64,000 nucleotides of DNA from Octopus sinensis (taxonomy: Eukaryota): assembly GCF_006345805.1 (NCBI RefSeq), contig NC_043020.1:8804001-8868000 (forward strand). Direction: 5' to 3'. The notes under the pieces were generated by a model. It saw only the letters and a list, made by a program, of their open reading frames with translations, ran no database searches and was not told the DNA's origin. The position numbers were made by a program, and so were the translations under genes. Below are positions 1-12,370 of this stretch, piece by piece. Position 1 is the first letter of the stretch. Each line of letters opens with the position of its first letter.

Positions 1-451
1 TTGCATTTTTTAAGGGACCAAGAAAAAACCTGGATCGATTTAATCAAACACACATTCATTTCCTTGTGTATTTTTCTTGTGATGACAAAAACAACAGAAT
101 GGTGAATGAAAAAACAAGTTGCTATGGGGCATTTTTAGTTACGGCCCTTTTACATTCTCGGTTCAAATTCCGAGAGGTCCTTTTTTTTTTTTTAACCTTC
201 AGTCCTTCCAGGGGAGATAAAATATAATAAATATTTTTACTAGTCAAGTAAATGAACAAAAGGATTTAGGGGGCTATGTGGTTAAAGAAGTTCGTGTCTA
301 AACCATGATGAAGCTTGAGGTTCAATTCGTGTGTGTGCAGCAGTGGATATCTTGGGTAAAAACATTGCTAGTGGAATTTGCAAGAGGGGAAACTGTATGG
401 AAGCTTGCCTGTGTGTGTGTGTGGGGGGGTGTATGTTGTGTACTAAGATAA

Positions 452-795
452 TGGAAGCACTCCGTTGGTTACGACGACGAGGGTTCCGGTTGATCCGAAT
501 CAACAGAACAGCCTGCTCGTGAAATTAACGTGTAAGTGGTTGAGCACTCCACAGACACGTGTACCCTTAACGTAGTTCCCTTTGAAATGCAGATACAACA
601 GAAACAGGAAGTAAGAGTGAGAGAAAGTTGTGGTGAAAGAGTACAGCAGGGATCACCACCATCCCCTGCCGGAGCCTTGTGGAGCTTTAGGTGTTTTCGC
701 TCAATAAACACTCACAACGCCCAGTCTGGGAATCAAAACCACGATCCTATGACCGCGAGTCCGCTGCCCTAACCACTGGGCCATTGCGCCTCCAC
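452..795 (-). mobile_element. Family A tRNA-derived SINE, full length, with TSD
   Basis: Minus-strand head GGAGGCGCAATGGCCCAGTGG (A box) and B-box-like GGTTTTGATTCCC. Flanked by gtact(a/g)agataa at 440-451 and 796-807. Close match to copies at 14956, 40791 and 51004. Confidence 0.85.
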
Positions 796-1194
796 GTACT
801 GAGATAAGTGTGCATAAGTATGTACGAAAGTGTGTAAAATTGTGTAGAGAGGTATAAGTGTGTGTATATATCTGTATGCGTGTGAGTGTGTGTAGCTATT
901 TCAGAATACACAAAAACCACCTTATATTCCTCACTGTCCAGTGCAGCTTTGACCTGGTCATTGACACAATTCCACAGTAACTCACAGTTAGTGGTCAATC
1001 GACAAAAATATATATACACACCTCTCCTTCCAACCTAACTACTTTTCTCTCTATTCCCTCTCCCCCCACTGCCACTGGTTATGCAATGCAATTCTGTTGT
1101 TCATGTTTATTTTCCATCTCACAAAATATTAGTTTCGAATTTTGGCACAATGCCAGCAATTTTAGAGGAGGAGTAAGTCAATTTTACATCAATC

Positions 1195-1360
1195 CCAAGC
1201 TTCAATTGGTGCTTATTTTATCAACCCCCACCGAAAGGATGAAAGGCAAAGTTGACCTCAGTGGAATTTGAACTCAGAACGTAAAGACTGACAAAATGCC
1301 ACTAAGCATTTCTTAATGGCATTATCGAAGTAACGATTCCGCCAGCTTGCAGCAGCTTAT
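1195..1360 (-). mobile_element. Family C SINE fragment
   Basis: ccgaaaggatgaaaggcaaagttgacc...gaatttgaactcagaac, the reverse complement of the B-box-bearing GAGTTCAAATTCC head. Confidence 0.7.
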
Positions 1361-1583
1361 CTCACAAAAAATATTGATAAAACAAATGTGTAAGTACCAG
1401 TAAATAAAATACATTGTACCAAACAAACACACACACACCAACAAAGGGAAATGTTGTGGTCAGGCAGGAGCAAACTGCAACTCACGGGACCTTCTGAATG
1501 GCATACCTTTAAGCCCACCTAATGATGAGCCATCTCTCACGTGGCCTGTTTCTTGAAAATGGTTACCCATGCCTACTCTAAGA

Positions 1584-1781
1584 CAGCAGTTCTCAACTGT
1601 GGGTCCAAGAGCAGCATGTGACCCTCAAGCAATCTTCTGGCAGCCCCCGAAGATCTTCCCTCTAGAAATATAAATTTTATTTTGACTTTTTTTCCTTTTT
1701 TTTTTTCTTGGTACAACCCCCCAAAAAACATCCAGGTTTTAGATCTGGCCTGGATATGAATAGAAAGGTTGGGAATCACTG
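1584..1781. mobile_element. hAT/Charlie-like MITE
   Basis: Ends CAGCAGTTCTCAAC and GGTTGGGAATCACTG are degenerate TIRs. Flanks ctctaaga and ctctaggc resemble the 8-bp CTCTAGAN Charlie target site. Confidence 0.6.
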
Positions 1782-1940
1782 CTCTAGGCAGTCACTCAAC
1801 ATACTAGAAATAGCAGTTAAATCTTCCTCTCGAACAAAAGAAAAATACAAATGGAAGGATAGATTAGATAATGGAGTCCCAGATACCCGTAACATCAGAA
1901 GATGGCCATGGTAGGAATGCCTTTAATTGTAAATCTACAT

Positions 1941-2176
1941 CAAGGGTTCTCAACCATTTTTTGCCTCTGGACCCCTTTGATTTCTATTTTACTTTTGTGG
2001 ACCCCCACCTCCCCATTAGGAACTGTATTAAAATTGTTAAAATATTTCATGTAATGTAGATGTATAACCGATTTTATTAAACAAACTTTACTGGTCTGAA
2101 GCACAATTTTTTCATGGCTCCTGAAAAATTACTGTGACCCCACAGAAAATCTTGTATGGACCCTGGTTGAGAACTG
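1941..2176. mobile_element. hAT/Charlie-like MITE
   Basis: CAAGGGTTCTCAACC ... GGTTGAGAACTG ends. Flanks atctacat and gcctacat form an imperfect 8-bp TSD. Internal ggacccc motifs are shared with the 15877 copy. Confidence 0.6.
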
Positions 2177-2220
2177 GCCTACATGACCAGTGTTGACCCA
2201 TGTCTAAATAACATCACACA

Positions 2221-2640
2221 TTCATCATCATCATCATCGTTTAACGTCCGCTTTCCATGCTAGCATGGGTTGGACAGTTCAACTGGGGTCTGGGAAGCCA
2301 GAAGGCTGCACCAGGCCCAGTCTGATCTGGCAGTGTTTCTACAGCTGGATGCCCTTCCTAACACCAACCACTCTGTGAGTGTAGTGGGTACTTTTTACGT
2401 GCCAGACGAGGCTGGCAAACAGCCACGATCAGATGGTGCTTTTTACGTGCCACCGGCACGGAAGCCAGTCAGGGCGGCACTGGCTACAGCCACGTTCAGA
2501 TGGTTCTCTTGCGTGCCACCGGCACTGGTATCAAAGCTACAAATTCCACTGATGTTGTTAGATTACGATTCTGATTTGGATTTTCACTTGCCTCAACAGG
2601 TCTTCACAAGTGGAGTTTTGTGTCCCAAGAAGGAAAGGAA
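2221..2640 (-). mobile_element. Family D RTE-related non-autonomous retroposon
   Basis: Minus strand has GGTTGGTGTTAGGAAGGGCATCC, a terminal stem-loop around the palindrome CCATGCTAGCATGG and a (GAT)n tail. Confidence 0.75.
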
Positions 2641-2799
2641 CATTGATTAATGATAATGATTAATGGTTGAGCCAGATAGAGAAGACTTTTCCACCACCAC
2701 CACACCCTTGTTTAAATCTGGCTTTGTACCTTATCAAAAGTCAATCAAGAAATTTTAGATAATCTTAATTATCTTTATTAATATAGAATTGTTTGTGCA

Positions 2800-3620
2800 G
2801 CAGACAAAATGCTTAGCTGCACTTTTTCCAACTTCTAATGTCCTGAGTTCAAATTCTGCTGAGGTCACCTTTACTTTTCATTCTTTCAGGGTCAATAAAA
2901 TATGTACTAGTTGAACACTGGGATTGATGTAATCAACTGGGCCCCTTGTCTGAAACTGCTGGCCTTGTGCCAAAATTTGAAACTTATCACTATCATTATT
3001 TTACAGCCTGAGTTCAAATTCTGCCGAGGTCGACTTTGCTTTTCATCCTTTAGGGGTCAATAAATTAAGTACCAGTTGTGCACTGGGGTTGATGTAATCA
3101 ACTAGTCCCCTCCTACAAAATTTCAGGCTTTGTGCATTTAGTAGAAATTATTATTATTATTATTAAGGTGATGAACTGACAGAATTAGTTAACACATCAG
3201 ATAAAATGCATGGTGATATGTCTGTCTTTACATTCTAGGTTCAAATTCCACTGAGGTCGACTGTGCCTTCCATCCTTTGGGGGCGGTCAATGAAATAAAT
3301 ACCAGTTGTACACTGGGGTCAATGTAATCAACTTATTCCATCCCTTAAAATTTCAGCTCTTGTGCCATTAGCAGAAATTATTATTATTATCATTATCATT
3401 ATTATTATTATTATCATCATCATCAAGGTGGTGAACTAACAAAATTAGCATATCAGACAAGATGCATGGTGGAACTTCACCTGTTTCTACATTCTGAGTT
3501 CAAATGCCACTGGCTTGAGCTTTGCTCTTCATCCTTTTAGGGTCAATAGAATAAGTACCAGCTGAGCACTGGGGGTCAGTATAATTACAGGCCTTATGCC
3601 AAATATTAGAAAGAATCATT
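2800..3620 (+). mobile_element. Head-to-tail train of about 4 diverged family C SINEs
   Basis: Repeated GAGTTCAAATT..GAGGTC..TTTCATCC..GGGGTCAATAAA..GTACCAG blocks separated by (TAT)n/(CAT)n. Confidence 0.8.
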
Positions 3621-3626
3621 ATTAGT

Positions 3627-3995
3627 GAGTGGCTGCGTGGTAAGTAATTTGCTTACCAAGCACATGGTTCTGGGTTCAGTCTCACTGCGTGGCACCTTGG
3701 GCAGGTGTCTTCTACTATAGCCTCAGGCCGACCAAAGCCTTGAGAGTGGATTTAGTAGGCGGAGACTGAAAGAAGCCTGTCGCGCATATATATATGTGTG
3801 TGTGTGTGTGTGTGTCTGTGTTTGTTCCCACACCATTGCTCGACAACCGATGTTGGTGTGTTTACATCCCCCATAACTTAGCAGTTCAGCATAAGAGACC
3901 AATAGAATAAGTACTAGGCTGACGAAGAATAAGTCTTCGAGTTGATTTGCTCAATTAAAGGCAGTGCTCCAGCATGGCCACAGTCAAAATGACTG
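3627..3995 (+). mobile_element. Family B SINE (tRNA head, CORE-like segment, internal microsatellite)
   Basis: GAGTGGCTGCGTGGTAAG head, GGGTTCAGTC B-box-like motif, GGCACCTTGGGCAGGTGTCTT CORE-like motif, internal (TA)(TG)n. Confidence 0.8.
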
Positions 3996-4604
3996 CATTG
4001 TTTGAGTTTTAATCTTGCCAATATTGACAAAAGGATTGAGAGAATAATTAGAGAAGTAGCAGTAATATAATTGGGTTGACAGCGTAAATAAGCAAGTGGC
4101 AGTAATACAACTGGGTCGAGAGGCTAAAATGGGACATATCCTCATAATTAGGCTGAAAATGAGTACCAGTCATATAAGTGGGTCAAGAGCTGAATTCAAT
4201 TACCTACAACACTCACCCCCCTCTCTCATCCCACTTTATGCCAGGGGCTGTGTAGCCCCCAGCGAAACGAACGAACTTTTGCTTTTTATAATTCGCTCTC
4301 TTCTTTCTTCTGTCGCTCCACTTTTACACTCATCCATCCATCCATCGATGCCAATCACATGACAATGCCAATGTCTTACTTTTGGTTTTAAGAATTCAGG
4401 AAGGTTTCTACATTCACACACCTCTGTCTATCCAATTACATTACACACCTATCAACTACTACTAACTGCTACAACTACTTTCATACCTAACATATCTTTA
4501 TACAACAGAACAAAGGAACTGTTACAATTTCACCTCCGCCATCACCACCATCACCGCTACCACACACTAACAATAACCAAGTCAACAAAGAGGCCTCTTA
4601 CACA

Positions 4605-4740
4605 GTAGCTTGACCTCTTAGAAATAGCAACCAAATATACCTTGAATCACACCTCAATTTCGAAAATAAGAACAGATGTACGAGATAATGAGTGTTTGTA
4701 TATAAGAGAAATTTGGCTGCTATTTCTCGTAGGTCAAAGC
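4605..4740. repeat. Family E short inverted-repeat element
   Basis: TAGAAATAGCAACCAAAT pairs with ATTTGGCTGCTATTTCTC about 75 nt downstream. The same motif recurs near 1805, 8480, 30055, 40570 and 55855-56640. Confidence 0.55.
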
Positions 4741-4771
4741 CTTCATTAAGGCTTATTTGTTGGTTCAGGCT

Positions 4772-5785
4772 CTGAGTGGAGTACAAGGTAAAACTCTCAC
4801 CGAGTGAAGTACAAGGTAAAGCTCTCACTGAGTGGAGTATGAGGTAAAACTCTCACCGAGTGGAGTACAAGGTAAAGCTCTCACTGAGTGGAGTATGAGG
4901 TAAAGCTCACTGAGTGGAGTATGAGGCAAAGCTCACACTGAGTGGAGTATGAGGTAAAGCTCTCACCAAGTGGAGTATGAGGTAAAGCTCTCACCAAGTG
5001 GAGTACAAGGTAAAGCTCACACTGAGTGGAGTACAAGGTAAAGCTCTCACTGAGTGGAGTATGAGGTAAAACTCTCACCGAGTGGAGTACAAGGTAAAGC
5101 TCTCACTGAGTGGAGTATGAGGTAAAGCTCACTGAGTGGAGTATGAGGCAAAGCTCACACTGAGTGGAATATGAGGTAAAGCTCTCACCAAGTGGAGTAT
5201 GAGGTAAAGCTCTCACCAAGTGGAGTACAAGGTAAAGCTCATACTGAGTGGAGTATGAGGTAAAGCTCTCACTGAGTGGAGTATGAGGTAAAGCTCTCAC
5301 CAAGTCGAATACGAAGTAAAGCTCTCACAAAGTGGAGTATGAGGTAAAGCTCTCACCAAGTGGAATACAAAGTAAAGCTCTCACTGAGTAGAGTGAGGTA
5401 AAGCTCTCACTGAGTGGAGTATGAGGTAAAGCTCTCACTGAGTAGAGCATGAGGTAAAGCTCTCATTGAATGGAGTATGAGGTAAAGCTCTCACTGAGTG
5501 GAGTATGAGGTAAAGCTCTAACTGAGTGGAGTACGAGGTAAAGCTCTCACTGAGTATGAGGTAAAGCTCTCATTGAGTAGAGTATGAGGTAAAGCTCTCA
5601 CTGAGTGGAGTATGAGGTTAAGCTCTCACTGAGTAGAGTACGAGGTAAAGCCTCACTGAGTGGAGTATGAGGTTAAGCTCTCACTGAGTAGAGTATGAGG
5701 TAAAGCCTCACTGAGTGGAGTATGAGGTAAAGCTCTCACTGAGTGGAGTATGAGGTAAAGCTCTCATTGAGTAGAGTATGAGGTA
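4772..5785. repeat. 28-bp minisatellite, about 36 units
   Basis: Consensus GAGTGGAGTATGAGGTAAAGCTCTCACT in tandem. A variant pattern repeats at a 222-bp period. Confidence 0.95.
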
Positions 5786-6887
5786 TTACTTTTCAAACTA
5801 ACGGCAATAGAAATTTGTTTTTAAAGAAAATTAGACATCATTTAATGTTAAAATATCCTAGCCTCCTTTGAACTCCATGCACACACACACAGATATACAC
5901 ACACACAGATATACACACACACACACTGCTTTTACATAATTCAGTTAAAATATACCCAGTAACAGGAATTTGTTTACATCCACTGAAGAATACACACACA
6001 CACACACACACACACAGAATAAGTCACTTTATAGATACATACATAATTAACCAAGTTCCCCCCACCCCCACCTGCACACAACACAGGTCAGTCTACATAT
6101 AAACACCCACACACACACACATACAGACTATACACATCGTGTATGAGTAACTTTATACACACACACACAAAAGTATTAGTCAGCTTATTTACACACACAC
6201 ACACACACGCAGGGCATGAGTCAGTTAACACACACACACACACATACACCAGTTTACTAGGCACATTAAAGCAAACTGTTTTTTTCCTCTACTTTTAAAT
6301 CGATTCATTATAAACAAGCAGACAGATTGTACACCACACCACTATCATCATCATCATCATGGCTGGTCTAACAGCTCAAGTTCAACGAGTGCATTTCCAT
6401 CCAACACGTTTCACTCTTACTGCTTGCTTTCTTTCTGTCTTTCTTTCCTCCTCCTCCCCCCACCACCTCTTCCTTCCCCCCCCCCCGTCAAACAATAGTT
6501 TCTAAGGTCCGGTTGTCCCTCCGGTTGGTCCCTCGGTGACATCACTTCACACACCACAAACACTCACATATCCACCCATACCACAACCGTTACCAATGAT
6601 GGTAAGTCTTATTACCAAGACTACCATCCATTGTTGTCATCCAGGCCAATCTTAATCACTAAGACCATCAAAGCCACTACCAAGACCACCACCACCAGCA
6701 TCCAAAGGAGTCTTTTAAGAGCCAGTGCTTAGGACAGTTTTCATGGTGTTAAGCAAATCAGGGTTACTGGGTTGGTTATGAGAATCACTGCCAACACCAA
6801 GGTACATTTTTATCTACCTACCTACCAATCCATCCATTTCTCAATATACCTATTCATTCTTCTACCTACCTGTCTGTCTCTATACAT

Positions 6888-7100
6888 CTCTTTTACTCTT
6901 TTACTTGTTTCAGTCATTTGACTGCGGCCATGCTGGAGCACCGCCTTTAGTCGAGCAAATCGACCCCGGGACTTATTCTTTGTAAGCCCAGTACTTTTTC
7001 TATCGGTCTCTTTTGCCGAACTGCTAAGTGACGGGGACGTAAACACACCAGCATCGGTTGTCAAGCAATGCTAGGGGGACAAACACACACACACACACAC

Positions 7101-7149
<49 letters not shown>

Positions 7150-7320
7150 CATATATACGACAGGCTTCTTTCAGTTTCCGTCTACCAAATCCACTCACAA
7201 GGCTTTGGTTGGCCTGAGGCTATAGCAGAAGACACTTGCCCAAGATGCCACGCAGTGGGACTGAACCTGGAACCATGTGGTTGGTTAGCAAGCTACTTAC
7301 CACACAGCTACTCCTGCGCC
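6888..7320 (-). mobile_element. Family B SINE, full length
   Basis: Ends ctcctgcgcc (the head) and (CTTTTA)n (the tail), with internal (CA)(TA)n. Confidence 0.85.
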
Positions 7321-7699
7321 TATATCTGTTCATTCTTCTATTTATATATCTATTCCTTCTATCTATCTATCCATTCATCCATATATCCATCCATCTTATC
7401 TATTTTTTGGTCTAACAACCTATTTTTTCTCTACCCATCCACCTGTTTCTCTCTCTCTCTCTCTATCTATAACTATATTTCAATCTCTTTACCTGTCCAT
7501 CTAATCTATCTTTCAGTTTCCCTACCTGCCTACTTCTCCCTCAATCTATCCCTCTGGCTATCTATCCACCCACCCATCTATCCATCCATCCACCCACCAA
7601 CTGTCTATCCAACCACCTTTTCTTTTACTTTTGTTTCAGCCATTGACCCGTTCTATTGGTTTCTTTGGCTGAGCAGAATGGGAAGCAAAGCGCTCACTG

Positions 7700-8225
7700 A
7701 CAGGAGTACCAATACCAGCACCCTGCTGGTTACGACGACCAGGGTTCCAGTTGATCTGATCAACAGAACAGCCTTACTCGTGGAATTAACATGCAAGTGG
7801 CTGAGTACTCCACAGACGTGTACTCTTAACGTAGTTCTCGGAGATTCAGTGTGATACAGAATGTAACAAGATTGACCCTTTGAATTACTGGTACTATGCA
7901 CTCTTGCTAGCTAAGCGGACAGGAGCAACTTGAAATAAAGTGTCTTGCTCAAAGACAACACGCCACCAGGAATTGAACTCATGACCTTACAACCTTGAAC
8001 GAGAAACCTGAACTACTAAGCCACATAGACGTGTACCCTTAACATGGTTCTCAGAGAGATTCAGAGTGACACAGAATGTGACAAGGTGGACCCTTTGAAA
8101 TACAAGTACAACTCATTTTTGCCAGCTGAGTGGACTGGAGCAATGTGAAATAATGTGTCACTGGGAATTGAACTCAGAACCTGAAGATTGTGAGCTGAAT
8201 ACCCTAACCACTATGCTACACACTT
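7700..8225 (-). mobile_element. Diverged family A-related SINE copies
   Basis: ggttacgacgaccagggttcc...aagtggctgagtactccacagac...ggaattgaactc, followed by a second partial copy. Confidence 0.7.
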
Positions 8226-8924
8226 TTTGCTACTGAGGAGTAAAAAGTAAAGAAAGCTCACATCTGTGATGGTGGTGGTGGTGGTAGAGATGGTGTTCTT
8301 TCTTTGTGAGTCTCCTTCCTAATTAAGCGTCGATTGTGCAAACTTATGATCAAAGAGACACCATATATTACATAATATAGCCCTGGGCTATATTAACCTC
8401 TCATCAGGCATTACATAATCATCATTATCCAATACTCCTCTTTTCCTTGGAACAGAGAGTGATTTGGGGGGGGACAGATCTGGCTGCTATTTTTAGCAAG
8501 ATGAGCACCCACGTAGAGATTCCATTCATTCATTGATCAGCAAAATAAATAAACAGTCCAGAGTGGTAACCAAGATGTCACAAAACTGACCAACGCCAGA
8601 CTGGACTGTGGAAAGCAAAGACAGCCATTTAGACGTTCATTAACTCTACTCAATTAACAGGTAATTACAACAGAGATCTCTAATCAGATTCTGAAGAATT
8701 TTCATACCCAAATGTTGTAGTTTTAGGTCTTAATGGAAATTGCATTAAGATTCTTTGCATTGAGCACAAGGTCACAAATTTGTAAGACGGGAGGAGGCAT
8801 GGTCAATTTGCACAGGCCATTAGCACCAGTCAATGACTGGTACAGATTTTATTGACCTCTAGAGAGATGACAGATCAAAGTCAAATTCAATAACACAAAA
8901 GAATGAAATTGAATATTTACTCTC

Positions 8925-9295
8925 TCTTTTTACTCTTTTACTTGTTTCAGTCATTTGACTGCAGCCATGCTGGAGCACCGCCTTTAGTCGAGCAAATCGA
9001 CCCCGGGACTTATTCTTTGTAAGCCCAGTACTTTTTCTATCGGTCTCTTTTGCCGAACCGCTAAGTGACGGGGACGTAAACACACCAGCATCAGTTGTCA
9101 AGCGATGTTGGAGGGACAAACACAGACACACAAACACACACACATATATATATACGACGGGCCTCTTTCAGTTTCCGTCTACCAAATCCACTCACAAGGC
9201 ATTGATCGGCCCAGGGCTATAGCAGAAGACACTTGCCCAAGATGCCACGCAGTGGGACTGAACCCGGAACCAAGCTACTTACCATACAGCCACTC
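8925..9295 (-). mobile_element. Family B SINE with small head deletion
   Basis: Close match to the 6888-7320 copy. Confidence 0.85.
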
Positions 9296-9567
9296 CAATA
9301 TTTACTCCAATATTCTACAATTTCTGCTGCTCACCTTAGAAATTAGGATTATTGAATTTCTTGGTGCTTACAACAAAACGGTGAAAACGAATACTGATTT
9401 TCAAAACGAAAAATATCTATCACTTTACAATAATATTAAACGAGACAAATTTCTCATTTGTATAACTGCAACCATAATTACTCTCTCACTGACTCCCTCT
9501 CCTTCTCTGGCCCCATATTTGTGTGTGTGTTGTGTGTGTATCATTTGTTGAAGTATTTTAGGCAAAC

Positions 9568-9943
9568 AGTTCAACTCCAGGACTTATTTTGAAGCCCAGT
9601 AATTATTCTAGTTCAACTCCAGGACTTATTTTGAAGCCCGGTAATTATTCTATCAGTCTCTTTGCTGAACCGCTAAGTTACAGGGATGTAAACACACCAA
9701 CACCAGTTGCCAAGCGATTATGGGAATAAATACACACATGCATAGATACATGCATGAGTGTGTATATATATATATATACATACATACATGCTGGGATTGT
9801 TTTAGTTTCTGTCTACCAAATCCACTGAAAAGGTTTTGGTCGGCCCAATGCCAAAGCAGAAGACACTTGCCCAAGGTGACACACAATGGGACTGAACCCA
9901 GAACCATGTGGTTGGGAAGCAAGCTTCTTACCATACAGCCATA
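9568..9943 (-). mobile_element. Family B SINE, 3'-truncated, with 42-bp tandem duplication
   Basis: agttcaactccaggacttattttgaagccc(a/g)gtaattattct occurs at 9568-9609 and 9610-9651. Confidence 0.75.
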
Positions 9944-10043
9944 CACACACAGAAAGTGAGAGAGTGTTCCTTTACTCATTGCCAGCCACCAAGCCTAGTG
10001 TGCACTCATCCTGTACCGCTTATGTTAACTCTCTCTCTCTCTC

Positions 10044-10097
<54 letters not shown>

Positions 10098-10539
10098 ATA
10101 TAAAATCTAAAGCATGGCTGGGGGAACTAACCAACCAACCAACATTTACACCAGCTAATACTACACAGCTAATATCGCTATAGCCTCTCCAGCTTGTGCA
10201 TCTCCACCAGCTCAATCCTTCCTCGGACGTCGTCAACTTCCCTCTCCCACTATCTTGTCCCCCACCTCTTACACTCTTGTACATCCCCATTCTCTCCATC
10301 CACCACTTCTCCTGTTACCTGAGGTGCCACCTGGACACTGCATCACCACTGTCTATCTCCTTGGATATACCTCTAATTCATTCTCGCACTCTCTCTCTCT
10401 CTCCTAAATGTGAGTAGCCATGTAGCGCCTCTGCATGAACCTGCTCTGACCCAACCTCTTCCCTCATGCCTTAGCTCTCATCCAGCATGCAGAAGCAACA
10501 TCCTCCGCCCCTGGGTTTGCTGACTTACAAGCCACAGGG

Positions 10540-10715
10540 TGACCTTAATAGTGCCAGTGGCACAAAAACATAATAAAAGCACCCACTACACACTCAGAGT
10601 GGTTGGCATTAGGAAGGGCATCCAGCTGTAGAAACCATGCCACAACAGACAATGCAGGCCTTTGATTCATCAGATCCTTGTCAAACTGCCCAACCCATGC
10701 CAGCATGGAACATAG
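10540..10715 (+). mobile_element. Family D fragment
   Basis: aaagcacccactacac...ggttggcattaggaagggcatccagc...cccatgccagcatgg. Confidence 0.7.
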
Positions 10716-10718
10716 TGA

Positions 10719-10764
<46 letters not shown>

Positions 10765-10967
10765 TCTGTCTTTGCGATTTCTTTTGAGAAGTGCAAATGT
10801 TAAATACAAACTACCAGCAGGGGTGGTGGTGTCATTTCTCCTGTCAACAAATTGCCTTCTCACTTTGTGCCTTCAAAGGCATTTAAAATAAGAGGTCCCT
10901 TAGTTGGAAAATAAGGGCTAGAAACAGGAAAGACATCCAGTTTTAAAACGAAGTCTCGATAATATAT

Positions 10968-11408
10968 ATTTCTTTACTACCCACAAGGGGCTAAACACAG
11001 AGGAGACAAACAAGGACAGACAAAGGGATTAAGTCGATTACATCGACCCCCAGTGCGTAACTGGTACTTTATTTATCGACCCCGAAAGGATGAAAGGCAA
11101 AGTCGACCTCGGCAGAATTTGAACTCAGAACGTAACGACAGACGAAATACGGCTACGCATTTCGCCCGGCGTGCTAACGTTTCTGCCAGCTCGCCACCTT
11201 AGTCCAATGAGGAGACAAACAAGGACAGACAAAGGGATTAAGTCGATTACATCGACCCCAGTGCGTAACTGGTACTTTATTTATCGACCCCGAAAGGATG
11301 AAAGGCAAAGTCGACCTCGGCGGAATTTGAACTCAGAACGTAACGACAGACGAAATACCACTTAGCATTTCACCCGGCGCGCTAACGTTTCCGCCAGCTC
11401 GCCACCTT
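10968..11408 (-). mobile_element. Family C SINE tandem pair
   Basis: Two near-identical units (ggagacaaacaaggacagac...gctcgccacctt), about 210 bp apart. Confidence 0.85.
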
Positions 11409-11724
11409 TATAGTCTCGATAATATATCTGTCTAATCCATGCCAGCATGGGAAAACAGACATAAACAAACAAACACTGGACGTAATCTCTTAGCAAACCG
11501 TTGTCGCTGTTAATTACTATGCTGTTTCTTCCAGTTGTGTTCAAACAGCACACATCTGCCCATCGCTAATTCTCATCACTTTATCTCTCCTGTTCAGCTT
11601 TGTCCAGCTGCTGTCATGTCTGGCAGAGAGCGTTGTAGAGTTTACGAAGAAAATGTTTTAAATTCTGCAGACAGCTTATTCAGATTTTATAGGAAAACAA
11701 ATTTGGATTAAATATCATCATCAT

Positions 11725-11930
11725 AAGTGATGATGATGTTTGCCTTCCATGCTGGCATGGGATGGATGGTCTGGCAGGATCTGACAGCTCTAAAGACAGT
11801 GTCATATCCAGTGTCAGCTTTGGCATGGTTTCTATGGCTAGGTGCCACCAACCACTTCACAGAGTATGGTAGGTTCTTTTTATGTGGCACCAGCACCAAT
11901 GAAGTCACCAAGTAACTTGCAAGACAAGAC
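11725..11930 (-). mobile_element. Diverged family D copy
   Basis: (GAT)n, ccatgctggcatggg, and ggcaccagcacc motifs. Confidence 0.55.
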
Positions 11931-12370
11931 TCCTAGAAATAATAACACTCCCTGATTTAAGCATGATGCCAGCCATATTCTGGGTACTTTTATCATAGCA
12001 CCAGCACTAGTGAGGTTACCATGACAGCCTGCATTACTTAGCCTTCACCTGATTAGTTGAAGGGAAAGGCAAAGAGCAAAAGAAAAATGAGAGAGAAAAA
12101 TAACGTAATACGAAGAGGGAGAGTGCTGTGTATTGAGTCCATAAAATTGTGCGTAAAGTATATAAAATGTATATATATATGAAGTGCATCAGGTAACCAT
12201 CGTATTCCAATTTCTTACACTTTTAAATGATTAGCAGATGAACAATTATCTTTCCATACAAATACAACACAGGCTATGATTTCAGGGTTTTGGGACAAAG
12301 TTTTCAGAAATAACCCAATAAGTTTACCATTAATTCCGTGAAATGTTCATGGGTCCTGCTAGTATATATT

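Noticed and set aside
2270-2650. 126-137 aa ORFs at 2270, 13699, 13705 and 50526
   Set aside because: These are chance frames in family D copies; frames and stops are not conserved between copies.
6500-6607. First exon ending ATGATG|GTAAGT
   Set aside because: A good donor hexamer is expected many times by chance in 64 kb, and no partner coding exon was found.
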